From the NCBI GenBank assembly GCA_018711275.1, contig DVIN01000080.1, forward strand, positions 23,168-87,167: a DNA stretch of 64,000 nucleotides, read 5' to 3'. Source of the stretch: Candidatus Pullilachnospira intestinigallinarum. Its GTDB lineage: Bacteria > Bacillota > Clostridia > Lachnospirales > Lachnospiraceae. How positions within the stretch are numbered: the first letter of the stretch is position 1; every line of letters begins with the position of its first letter. Below the pieces are notes generated by a model, which searched no databases, had not been told where the DNA came from, and worked only from the letters and a program-made list of their open reading frames with translations. Shown here one piece after another: positions 49,202-58,184 of the stretch. Made by a program: the position numbers and the translations under genes.

Positions 49202-50781
49202 CGTATCTCCTCCTCATAACGGGAGGGCGTCAGAAAACTCAGTTTCATCTGCTCCCGGATTTCACCCAGCCATCCGGCAATCTGATGATTGTCTCCGGAG
49301 GACGCTCCGTAAAATTCGCCGAAATATCCGGGCAGATAATTTTCCCCGCCCTCCTCATAACCGTCAAATCCTGCCAGAGCGGCCTCCTTCACTCCCAAAA
49401 GAACCAGAAGTCTAAGAAGCAGGATTCCGCAGTTGGCGCTGTAGGATTTCTCCCCGTAGGCCAGCCGGTCATAATTGATCACCAGATCTCCGGCAGCGTA
49501 CCTGGAGGAAACATTGGAGGTGAGAATCACGTTGCTGCGCTGCTTTCGGGAGGTTTTATATTCCTCATACCGACGGGCATTGCTGAAAAAGGCATAGCCG
49601 CCCTCCTGCTCATCAAAATAGAAATTGGCGGATACCGGAATGGCTCCTTCCCTGCGGATATAGCTGTGTACCTTTTTCCAGGAAGATTCCAGACTCTTTC
49701 CCGGCGCCAGAACCACCACCCGGCGGCCGCCGAACTCTTCCGCCAGCTGGGAAAGCGCTCCGTCATCTTCCACCTTCCGGTTCTCATATTTCCGATACAG
49801 CTTCTCCGCCGTATCTTCATCAAAAACAGCCTTCTTCTTTTCCGGGATCATCTTCAGAATCTGGTTCATATCTCTGCTGGTAAGCGTTCCCTTTTTCTGA
49901 AGATATTCCGCGTAATTCCGGTGGAGGTTGTGTTTCGCGGAAAGAAAATATTCTGTGGAATAGCCCCAGGATTCCTTCTGACGAATGGGAAGAATATGCT
50001 CCTGGATGGCATCCAGCACCTGATTAATTTCATACTTTCTCCCGTAATTTTTGTTCATGTAATCCATCAGAAGTTCCATGCACAGATTGCCCGGAACCCG
50101 CCCCATGCCGTTTAGAGAAGCATCCAGCACGCATTTTCGCCCCGCCTCGCGCATCTTTAGAAAATCCTGGGCCAGAGAGAACGACAACGCCAGGTTTTCA
50201 TGAAGATGAAGCCCCAGAACCGTTTTTTTGTCCAGATTGTTCTCACAGAGGGAATAAATCCTTGTCAGTTCCTTTCTGGTCATGGAACCGAAAGTATCCA
50301 CAATGGAAAATCCATACGGAGACAGCTGGCGCACTTTTTTCAGGAGTTTCAAAAGAGCGGCGTCCTTATATCCCATAATATTGATGGGATTCACAAACAG
50401 ACGGTACCCCTTTTCCATCACTTTTCTGCCGAATTCCAGCCCTTCATCGATATCGTAGTCGTGGAAGGTCACCCGGATGGCGTCCAACGTGCCGTCGTTG
50501 TCCTCCAGTTGGCTGATATCATACTGGTTATGCAGAGCCATGGCTACGAAACGGGACTTTTTCCGGTTATCCGGAAGAATCCGGGATAATTCCTTTACAT
50601 TGCCGAATAACGTCCGGTCCGGATCATAGACGCCGTTTCTTAAAAATCCCACTTCAATCAGATCACAGCCTGCGTCTACCAGCCGTGTCAGCAGATTTTG
50701 AATGGTCCGCCGGCCAAACCTCCAGTCGTTGATGTAACCGCCGTCCCGGAGCGTACAGTCCAGAAGTCTGATTTTCTCCAT
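49198..50781 (-). CDS. fusion: HMGL-like (DRE-TIM) aldolase domain + CstII/Maf (MptE-like) domain
   Basis: AGGAGG before ATG 50781; DCTLRDGGY, GLHLHENLALS (HxH), NGMGRVPGN for the N-domain; VVVLAPGKSL .. SANFYFDEQ .. LLGVKEAALAGFDGY for the C-domain. Confidence 0.65.
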   Translation of the reverse strand: MEKIRLLDCTLRDGGYINDWRFGRRTIQNLLTRLVDAGCDLIEVGFLRNGVYDPDRTLFGNVKELSRILPDNRKKSRFVAMALHNQYDISQLEDNDGTLDAIRVTFHDYDIDEGLEFGRKVMEKGYRLFVNPINIMGYKDAALLKLLKKVRQLSPYGFSIVDTFGSMTRKELTRIYSLCENNLDKKTVLGLHLHENLALSFSLAQDFLKMREAGRKCVLDASLNGMGRVPGNLCMELLMDYMNKNYGRKYEINQVLDAIQEHILPIRQKESWGYSTEYFLSAKHNLHRNYAEYLQKKGTLTSRDMNQILKMIPEKKKAVFDEDTAEKLYRKYENRKVEDDGALSQLAEEFGGRRVVVLAPGKSLESSWKKVHSYIRREGAIPVSANFYFDEQEGGYAFFSNARRYEEYKTSRKQRSNVILTSNVSSRYAAGDLVINYDRLAYGEKSYSANCGILLLRLLVLLGVKEAALAGFDGYEEGGENYLPGYFGEFYGASSGDNHQIAGWLGEIREQMKLSFLTPSRYEEEIR

Positions 50782-50909
50782 CTGTCAACTCCTCCTATCA
50801 AGTCAGTTTTTCTGCCCCATGGGCGTGCCTTTCCGGATCTCCGACGCCCGAAGCGTCTTTTCGTCCGTTGCTTATCCGATGCCCTTAGTGTGTCCCGACT
50901 TTTCTCCCT

Positions 50910-52907
50910 TCATTCCACAAACATACTGGTTTCCCAGGAAAAATACTGCTCCAGTTTTTTCCGGTATCCGGCATCCGACAGTACTGCCCGGATGGGCGCG
51001 TAAGCATCCCTCCCGCTGATTTCCTGTCCCTTAAGACCGCCGAAATGGCGCTTCCAGTCGGAGGCGAAGTCCCAGATTCCCTGCTGGATTCTCCGGATTT
51101 TTTCTGACTGCGGCTCCGGATTGCCGAAACGAAACTGCACGTTGCCTTCCGCATCCCTCGCGAATCCCAGAAAAGTGGGAGACGGCGAGGCCGCCAGAAG
51201 CTCCATCACGAGATTATCTCCCCTGACAGGATCATGGAATTCCCACAGCCGGCGGTTAAAAACGGGAGAGAAAAGGTACGTTTCCACCTGCCCTGTGAAC
51301 AGCTCCGGATAAAGAGCGGCAAAATCTCCGTTTTTCCGTGGCGCCGACGCCGCGAGAAACGTATGGATCGTTGTATTCGGGCAGACTTTCCCCGCCACAT
51401 GGGCCAGCGCCCAGGGACCGGTTCCCAGCCACCCGATGTCCACTGCGGCAGCCCGGCTGCATCCGGCAAGCATACCGGCCAGATATTCCTCTGCCGCTTC
51501 CATTTCCTGACGGTATATCTCCAACACCAGCGGGAAATGGCTCTGCAGCCAGACTTCATACGCCTCCGCCGTCTGAGCGGTAAGCGGCGTTTTTTCATCG
51601 AGCCCCGTATCGCGGCTGGCGCCCGCCAGCAGACCGGACAGATCCATGGAGGCAAAGCAGTCTGCCGCCGTATATCCCCGATTGATTTTATCCCGCAGAA
51701 ACCGCCGGAAAAATTCCTGTCGGCGTACATCCGCCGAAAGCTTCAGGGCCACCCGCCGGGACCAGTATACATAGCGGGTGTCACTGTCCGGATACAGCAG
51801 TTGATAGACTTTGCGGACAATTTCCCCGTCTCTGGCAAGAAACAGCAGACGGTCGATTCTTTTCTCCTGAACCTTTCTGTGAAGAAACCGGCAAAATCCC
51901 ACCGCCCAGAGACCGCCGTACAGATAGCCGAATTCATACAGCGGGGAATAACGCCGGCCGCGTCCGTGCATCCTCTGGCTGGCCAGCCCCCGGTACATGC
52001 TTCCCACCACCGGCGACATCCGGCGGATCCGGAAAGGATAACCCATAAGACGGGCAGAAGGAATCAGAAGAGACGCTACCCCTCTCTTTCGGGCTTTTTC
52101 CCCATCCGACACCGCATCGTCTCCCACATGAATCCAGCGGCAGCCGGAACCGAACCAGAGACGGATCACATCAAAAAGTGTTCCCTGACCTTTGGAAGCG
52201 TTCCGGTCACAGGATACAAAACATCTGTCAAATACTCCCAGGCCCGCCTCCAAAAGAAGGCGGCGGATCCGTTCCTCTCCCAGATACATATCACTGGCGA
52301 TCACCACCTGTTTTCCGGCCCTTCGAAGAGCCGCAAGCACCGGAAGAAACCGGGGATTGGCATAACAGAACTGCCGCTCCGTCTCCCATTCCGCCAGCAT
52401 TCCCTCCCCCCTGTCAATTCCGGTCTGCGCGGACAGAACCTCCCAGATTTCCTCCAGCGTCACCTCCCCGCATCCGCCTGCCTGCCGGTTTCGTCTGCGC
52501 GCCTCCTCCTCCGCCCGGATACGCAGCGCGCGAAAATCCGGGCAGGAAAGCTTCAGGCCCACAAAATAGAAAAGATCTGCCGGTTCTTCCACCGGGCGCA
52601 GAAGAAGGGTATCAAACACATCAAAGGAAATCACGTCAAATTCCATCAGCCGTCGCATCATGGACCGGGTTGAAGGAACCTGAAACCGCCCGGACTCCCG
52701 CAGCAAAAGCCGGGCCGGATTATTTTCTCTGCTCCAGCCCGCTGTTTTTGAAAATCCCGGCAGCCGATTCGCCAGAAGACAGAAACAGCCTTTTACAAGC
52801 CCCGGCCATCCGGGATTTTTTCGCCGAAAATCCTGCCACCAGACGGCGGCTTCCCACTCCTGCCGGGTCAGTACCCCAAACAAAGCCTTCTTTAACCACT
52901 GAAACAT
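50910..52907 (-). CDS. 665-aa HAD phosphatase-like domain + conserved unknown module (COG5610-like), paralogue 2
   Basis: ISFDVFDTL .. ASD .. SKGQG .. HVGDD; C-module LLFLARDG, VDIGWLG, VETYLFS, SPTFLGF shared with the 893-aa protein. Confidence 0.65.
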   Translation of the reverse strand: MFQWLKKALFGVLTRQEWEAAVWWQDFRRKNPGWPGLVKGCFCLLANRLPGFSKTAGWSRENNPARLLLRESGRFQVPSTRSMMRRLMEFDVISFDVFDTLLLRPVEEPADLFYFVGLKLSCPDFRALRIRAEEEARRRNRQAGGCGEVTLEEIWEVLSAQTGIDRGEGMLAEWETERQFCYANPRFLPVLAALRRAGKQVVIASDMYLGEERIRRLLLEAGLGVFDRCFVSCDRNASKGQGTLFDVIRLWFGSGCRWIHVGDDAVSDGEKARKRGVASLLIPSARLMGYPFRIRRMSPVVGSMYRGLASQRMHGRGRRYSPLYEFGYLYGGLWAVGFCRFLHRKVQEKRIDRLLFLARDGEIVRKVYQLLYPDSDTRYVYWSRRVALKLSADVRRQEFFRRFLRDKINRGYTAADCFASMDLSGLLAGASRDTGLDEKTPLTAQTAEAYEVWLQSHFPLVLEIYRQEMEAAEEYLAGMLAGCSRAAAVDIGWLGTGPWALAHVAGKVCPNTTIHTFLAASAPRKNGDFAALYPELFTGQVETYLFSPVFNRRLWEFHDPVRGDNLVMELLAASPSPTFLGFARDAEGNVQFRFGNPEPQSEKIRRIQQGIWDFASDWKRHFGGLKGQEISGRDAYAPIRAVLSDAGYRKKLEQYFSWETSMFVE

Positions 52908-52941
52908 TCCATGGATTCCTCACTTTCCAGCCGGATGGTCT

Positions 52942-53724
52942 TTAGAGTACCGGCGTCTGTTTTTGGCTCCTTCCGTATGCCAGATAAGCGTCGCAGACCT
53001 GACGGGGATCGCCGTCCATCAAAAGTTTTCCCTTCTCCAGCCACAGTACGCGGCTGCAGGTGGACAGGACGGCGGATACCGAATGGGATACCAGCAGCAC
53101 CGCGGTGCCGCCCCGGATAATCTGACGGATCCGCTCCTCGCTTTTCTGCCGGAAAAAGGCGTCGCCCACACTGAGCACCTCGTCCAGAATCAGCACTCCC
53201 GGCAGGGTGCGGGCGGTGGCAATGGCAAATCCCAGACGGGACACCATGCCGGAAGAAAAATTTTTGATTTTCTGATCCATAAATCCCTCCAGCTGGGCAA
53301 AGCTTACGATTTCCCGATATTTGGCGGCGATTTCCTTCTTCCCATAACCCAGAAGCGCCGCGTTCAGATACACATTTTCCCTGGCCGTCAGCTCCCGGTC
53401 AAAGCCGCACCCCAGGGTCAGCAGATGCATCCGGCCCGGGTCCGCCACCACTCGTCCGCCGGTGGGCGGCATGGCGCCGGATATGATTTTCAGCAGGGTG
53501 CTCTTCCCGGAACCGTTGGTTCCCACGATCCCCACCACCTGTCCGGGAAATACGTCAAAGGAAACCCCGGACAGGGCCGCAAACCGCCGCACCGGATGGT
53601 TCCCGGTAAACCGCCGGATCAGATATTCCTTCAGACTGTCCGCCCTTTCCACGGGCATTTGAAATTCCATGGTGACATTTCTTGCAGAAATCACCGGGCG
53701 GTCCTTTTCCACGCCATTTGCCAT
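52942..53724 (-). CDS. ABC transporter ATP-binding protein, Wzt/TagH type (no C-terminal carbohydrate-binding domain)
   Basis: GGAGGTGG before ATG 53724; GTNGSGKST, FSSGMVSRLGFA, LILDEVLSVGD. Confidence 0.9.
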   Translation of the reverse strand: MANGVEKDRPVISARNVTMEFQMPVERADSLKEYLIRRFTGNHPVRRFAALSGVSFDVFPGQVVGIVGTNGSGKSTLLKIISGAMPPTGGRVVADPGRMHLLTLGCGFDRELTARENVYLNAALLGYGKKEIAAKYREIVSFAQLEGFMDQKIKNFSSGMVSRLGFAIATARTLPGVLILDEVLSVGDAFFRQKSEERIRQIIRGGTAVLLVSHSVSAVLSTCSRVLWLEKGKLLMDGDPRQVCDAYLAYGRSQKQTPVL

Positions 53725-53737
53725 ATGCCTCCACCTC

Positions 53738-54490
53738 CTACAGCCGCTGGATGATTCTGCTCTGATTTCTGAAAAAACAGAGACTTCCCGCCGCAAAAAT
53801 CACGGCCGCCCACAACGCCATCCGCACCCACAGTCCCGCCGATGGCACCTGGCCGTACATCATGCAGTCCCTGGCCGCCGCGATATAACAGTAAACGGGA
53901 TTTTCCCCCACAATCGCCTGCATGGCCGGGGGCAGCAGCGTTACCGGATAAAAAAGCGCCGATAGATACATCCACAGGGTCAGCACCACCCCATACAAGT
54001 GGCGGACGTCGCCGAAATAGGCATAGAGGATGGAAAGGAAAAATCCCACGCCCATGGAAAACAGTCCCAGAAGCGCCACAATGGGAAGAAACAGCACCAT
54101 CCGCCAGGTGGGCCGGATGGCAAAAACCGCCAGGATTACCCCGTAGGCGGCCAGAGAATAGATAAGATTCACCAGCGCGGCCAATACCCGGGATACGGGA
54201 AACACCGCCCGTGGAAAGCTGGTCTGTAAAAGCAACGTCCGGTTGTCTGCCAGTGCGCTCATAGCCGCGTTGGTGGAGCCCGTAAAGAAATTCCACAGAA
54301 TCAGGCCGGTCACGTAATACACCGGATAATTTTCAATGGATTTCCGGAACATGGTGGAAAACACCAGCGACAGCACCGCCATGGACAGCAGCGGATTCAG
54401 CACGCTCCAGAGAATTCCCAGCCGGGACCGGCTGTATTTTCGTTTCAATTCCCGAAGAATCAGCTGCCCGGTCACAAAAGAATATTTCAT
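53738..54490 (-). CDS. ABC-2-type polysaccharide/teichoic-acid export permease (Wzm/TagG type)
   Basis: RELKRKYSRSRLGILWSVLNPLL N-terminus, 6 TM; directly upstream of the ATPase. Confidence 0.85.
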   Translation of the reverse strand: MKYSFVTGQLILRELKRKYSRSRLGILWSVLNPLLSMAVLSLVFSTMFRKSIENYPVYYVTGLILWNFFTGSTNAAMSALADNRTLLLQTSFPRAVFPVSRVLAALVNLIYSLAAYGVILAVFAIRPTWRMVLFLPIVALLGLFSMGVGFFLSILYAYFGDVRHLYGVVLTLWMYLSALFYPVTLLPPAMQAIVGENPVYCYIAAARDCMMYGQVPSAGLWVRMALWAAVIFAAGSLCFFRNQSRIIQRL

Positions 54491-55791
54491 GACGATTCCC
54501 TCTTTTTGCCTGTAATGATCCGGAAAACGGATTTTTTGAGATATAAGGCATACTTATACAGCCGGATTTCGGCCAGTTGGCGCCGGACGTGTTTTCCCCG
54601 CCGGACCACACTGCCCTCCATCCAGGCGCTCTCCCCCGGCGGACGTCCCGCAAGCTGCGCCGCCGCCAGAACCTTTGTCAAAAGATGGCCGCCGGAAAGC
54701 AGAAACGGATCACCGGAGGGGACAGGAGCCAGTTCCCTGCCGGGCTCCTCCAGCACGTCATCGGTGAATGTTAAGCTGCCGAAGGCATGGGCCTGTCGGA
54801 GAGTGGGTGTTCCCATAAAAGGCGCAAGGAGGCGTTCCAGCTTTCCCGCCGGGCAAAGTTCCCAGGCCCGGATGGACAGCGGAAGCCTCTCCGCCTTCTG
54901 GCGGGCCAGGGAGACCACCGCATCCTCCACCACATGGAGCGCCGGAAAATTTTCCCCGAGAGCCGGACGGTACCGGGGAACAAAACATCCCTGCTTCGTC
55001 CTCTGATACCCTTCCGTCATTCCCCGGGGCGCGCCGAATACACACTCAAACAGGCTGTTGGAGAAGTATGCTTTCCTCCTTATCTTTCCCCGAACCGGAA
55101 AATAATACGCATGGTATAAATTTTCCTGTACGCCCTTTGGCAGCTGATACAGTCCGAAATAAAAACCGTTGATTTCCCTGTGAAATCCTTCCTTCTCCAG
55201 CAGGACCTTCAACGTCTGCTGCAGGCTGCCGGTCCATCCGCTGTCCGCCACCGCCCAGCGGATGTCGTCAAAAAGGCCCTCCTGCCGCAGATAACCGCAG
55301 ACGCCGGGAAGCGCCTTTTGGGCGTGGGATTCCACCATCTGCCAGAATGGCGGACAGTGAAAAAAAAGCGGCTTCAGCCGCCGGATTTCCTGCCGGGTGA
55401 GAATTTTATCCAGAGGGACAGATACCCCGGCTGCCTGCGCCGCCCCAAGCGCTTCCTGGCGGTCAAGACCTGCCCGGGCCAGAATTTTCCCCAGGGTCAC
55501 ATCGATGCCGTCCAGAAAAATCTGATCCAGGCTTTCCTTTCCCAGCAGGGCGAAAGAAGGCAGCCGCAGCGCGTACCGGGAACATTCCAGATAGCGGCAT
55601 TCGATGCGGGGGTGGCGGTTTTCGGCCAGGATACATCCCGCCCGGTACATCATCCACCCGTCCCTGGCCAGAAAATAAATTCGCCGGATCCCCAGGCGCT
55701 CTGCCTCAGACAAGATCCATTTGACGTACTCCACCATCACAGGAGCCAGTATTTTACCGGCGGTATCCCTGACTGTGTCCATCGGTTCCAT
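54487..55791 (-). CDS. 434-aa protein consisting only of the conserved unknown module (paralogue 3, no HAD domain)
   Basis: RIYFLARDG and VADSGWTG motifs collinear with the C-modules of the 893- and 665-aa proteins; stop overlaps permease start (ATGA). Confidence 0.55.
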   Translation of the reverse strand: MEPMDTVRDTAGKILAPVMVEYVKWILSEAERLGIRRIYFLARDGWMMYRAGCILAENRHPRIECRYLECSRYALRLPSFALLGKESLDQIFLDGIDVTLGKILARAGLDRQEALGAAQAAGVSVPLDKILTRQEIRRLKPLFFHCPPFWQMVESHAQKALPGVCGYLRQEGLFDDIRWAVADSGWTGSLQQTLKVLLEKEGFHREINGFYFGLYQLPKGVQENLYHAYYFPVRGKIRRKAYFSNSLFECVFGAPRGMTEGYQRTKQGCFVPRYRPALGENFPALHVVEDAVVSLARQKAERLPLSIRAWELCPAGKLERLLAPFMGTPTLRQAHAFGSLTFTDDVLEEPGRELAPVPSGDPFLLSGGHLLTKVLAAAQLAGRPPGESAWMEGSVVRRGKHVRRQLAEIRLYKYALYLKKSVFRIITGKKRESS

Positions 55792-56608
55792 GATTTTTCC
55801 GCTCCATTTCCCTTTTTATCCGGTAGAGCAGGCCGGAGGGAACCAGCGCCGCCGCCAGCGGACGGAGAATCTGCAGCCGCGTCCTCCACCCCGTAAGTCC
55901 CAGCATGGCAAATCCTTTTTTCCGCAGTCTCATCTCGTCCATCCGGTAACGCAGCTTCCGCTTTTTGAAGGAGGCCCGCTCCTGCCGGTAATAAAACAGT
56001 TCTTTCTGAAGATTATACCCATAACAGTCCGATCCATGCAGCCGCATGAAAAATTCGTAATCCTCACAGCGCAGAGTACGGCGTGATTCACAGTAGCCGC
56101 CGAACTGTTCAAAAACACTTTTCCGGAACATCACCGAGGGATGAATATACGGAGAATGAGGGAGAAAATCTTCTTTCTTTGGCCTTTTTGGCATTTTCCG
56201 ATGACCGCGGATCCTGCCGCCGTCCAGAATTCCCGCACAGCATCCCACAAAACCGTAGGCCGGATGCGTCTCAAGAAACCGCAGCTGTTTTTCCAGCCGC
56301 TCCGGCAGGGAAATATCGTCGTCATCCATCCGGGCGATATACGCTCCCCGGGCCAGTCGGACGCAGGTATTGAGCCCTGCGGCCAATCCCCGGTTTTGTT
56401 CCTTCCGGATCAGCCGGATCCGCGGATCCTGCCGGGCAATTTTCTGAAGCTCGCGGTATGTCCTCTGCCCGGAGCCGTCATCCAGAATCAGAAACTCAAA
56501 ATCCCGGAAGGTCTGGCTCAGAATGGAATCCACCGCCAGACGCAGATTTTTAAAACTGGCCGGTTGATACACACTCATAATCACACTGATTTTCACGGAT
56601 TTTCTCAA
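55754..56608 (-). CDS. family 2 glycosyltransferase
   Basis: GGGAGGTG + TTG 56608; ISVIMSVYQP..SILSQTFRDFEFLILDDGS, ARMDDDD. Confidence 0.9.
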   Translation of the reverse strand: MRKSVKISVIMSVYQPASFKNLRLAVDSILSQTFRDFEFLILDDGSGQRTYRELQKIARQDPRIRLIRKEQNRGLAAGLNTCVRLARGAYIARMDDDDISLPERLEKQLRFLETHPAYGFVGCCAGILDGGRIRGHRKMPKRPKKEDFLPHSPYIHPSVMFRKSVFEQFGGYCESRRTLRCEDYEFFMRLHGSDCYGYNLQKELFYYRQERASFKKRKLRYRMDEMRLRKKGFAMLGLTGWRTRLQILRPLAAALVPSGLLYRIKREMERKNHGTDGHSQGYRR

Positions 56609-57776
56609 GTTTTTGCACCTCCCGGTTCAGTATCTGCGGAAAGGTGGTTTCGTATACCCCGCACATGATCCGGGCGGTATTCCGGCTGGAGAAACGGGGA
56701 ATATCCCGAAAAGCACGCGCGCCCAACCGGTTCCGGAGCCCGGCGTCTTCTGCCAGCAGACGGATGGCATGGGCGAACTCCGCTACATCCTCCCCGGCGC
56801 ATAAAAGTCCGTTTTCTCCGTGGCGCAGATATTCCCTGGTTCCCCGGTTGTCCGCCCCGATCACTGCCCGGCGGCAGGCCATGGCCTCCAGCGGAGCCAT
56901 CCCCAGTCCCTCCCGGATGGAGGGGAAAAGAAAAATATCAATTCCCTGCAGAAGCACTTCCAGATCCTTCCGATATCCCAGAAAATGCACCCGCCCGGCA
57001 AGTCCGAGACGTTCCGTCATCTCTTTGAGCGCCTTTCGGTACGGCCCTTCCCCGCAGATAAAATACTGAAAATCCAGATCCTTTACCATGGCAAGGGCCG
57101 CAAGCACCGTCTGGTAATTCTTGTCCTGATCCAGACGGGCCGCCGTCAGGAATCCCAGCTGTCCCTTCTCAAGTCCCAGCCGCCTCCTGGCTTCTTTGCG
57201 AAGCCAGGGACGGAAGGCATACCGCTCCAGATCCAGCCCCACTCCCGGAATTTTCACCACACTTCCGCCCCTTTTCAGCCGGAAGCGGCCGGCGACCCGG
57301 GCGTCCTCCTCATTGATGGTCACCAGCACATCCGTAAACCGCGCCAGAAAACGCTCCGCCTGATAATACAGAAGCCAGTTCTTCGCGGGCGCTCCCTGGT
57401 AAAAATGAAATCCATGGGCGGTATAAATCACCTTCACCCGCCTTTTTGCCAGCCGTCCGGCCAACCGGCCCAGCAGCGCCCCCACCGGCGTATGACAGTG
57501 TACCACATCGATCTCCTTCTCATCGATCAGCCGCACCAGCATCTTCAGCGCCTTCCGGTTTTCCCTGAACCGCCAGGGGGAACGGCAGATGGGAAGCGGA
57601 TGGGTATGGATGCCCTTCTTTTCAAAAAAATTTTCTCCGATGGAAAAATCCGGCGCGTCAAAATTGGAAGCAAAATGGATTTCTGCTCCCATCCGTGTAA
57701 GAATCCGGATATTCTCCTGCTCAAACTGCCATAAAAACTCGCTGACCGTCGCCACAATCAAAATTCGGAAACTCAT
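56550..57776 (-). CDS. family 4 (GT-B) glycosyltransferase, first gene of operon
   Basis: AGGGAGGAAG before ATG 57776; EGLGMAPLEAMACRRAVIG..ENG (E-x7-E). Confidence 0.9.
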   Translation of the reverse strand: MSFRILIVATVSEFLWQFEQENIRILTRMGAEIHFASNFDAPDFSIGENFFEKKGIHTHPLPICRSPWRFRENRKALKMLVRLIDEKEIDVVHCHTPVGALLGRLAGRLAKRRVKVIYTAHGFHFYQGAPAKNWLLYYQAERFLARFTDVLVTINEEDARVAGRFRLKRGGSVVKIPGVGLDLERYAFRPWLRKEARRRLGLEKGQLGFLTAARLDQDKNYQTVLAALAMVKDLDFQYFICGEGPYRKALKEMTERLGLAGRVHFLGYRKDLEVLLQGIDIFLFPSIREGLGMAPLEAMACRRAVIGADNRGTREYLRHGENGLLCAGEDVAEFAHAIRLLAEDAGLRNRLGARAFRDIPRFSSRNTARIMCGVYETTFPQILNREVQKLEKIRENQCDYECVSTGQF

Positions 57777-57895
57777 GAACCTTCCTCCCTGTATCTGCCC
57801 CCAACCCCTGGCGGCATCCTGCTGACTCTTTGCTGCAGCTTGAAGTCTATCATGTTTTTTTCGTGACTTCCTTATGAATTCAATGGAAAAGAAGT

Positions 57896-57947
57896 TAAAA
57901 AATCCCGCAGGAAGGAACGCTCCAAAAAGCGCTAACCCCTGCGGGAT
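57896..57947 (-). terminator. rho-independent terminator upstream of the glycan operon
   Basis: ATCCCGCAGG / CCTGCGGGAT 10-bp stem (57902-57911 / 57938-57947); on the minus strand it is followed by TTTTTT. Confidence 0.6.
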
Positions 57948-57972
57948 CGTTTTCTGTATCATATAATATTGT

Positions 57973-58184
57973 TTACAGCCATTTTATGAAAGCTGTTTTA
58001 TCTTTACTGTTATACCCGGCCTTTCGGTAAAACCGCAGCGTCTCCTCCTTCCCGGATCCGGTAAGAAGCATCATTTTGTAACAGTTCTGCTGCCTGGCGA
58101 TTTCCTCTGCCCGCGCAAGACATTGACCGGCATAACCCCGGCCCCTGTACTCCCCGCAGGTGACCACATTCTCAACTAATGCGT
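57973..58184 (-). pseudogene. C-terminal fragment of a GNAT acetyltransferase
   Basis: Only ..VVTCGEYRGRGYAGQCL..FYRKAGY.. (acetyl-CoA site to C-terminus) remains; in-frame TAG immediately upstream, N-terminal half absent. Confidence 0.6.

Noticed and set aside
50782-50909. 128-nt gap inside the glycan operon as a possible internal promoter or terminator
   Set aside because: It contains only a 5-bp GACGC/GCGTC hairpin and no convincing -35/-10 pair on the minus strand. I treat the operon as one unit until transcript data say otherwise.
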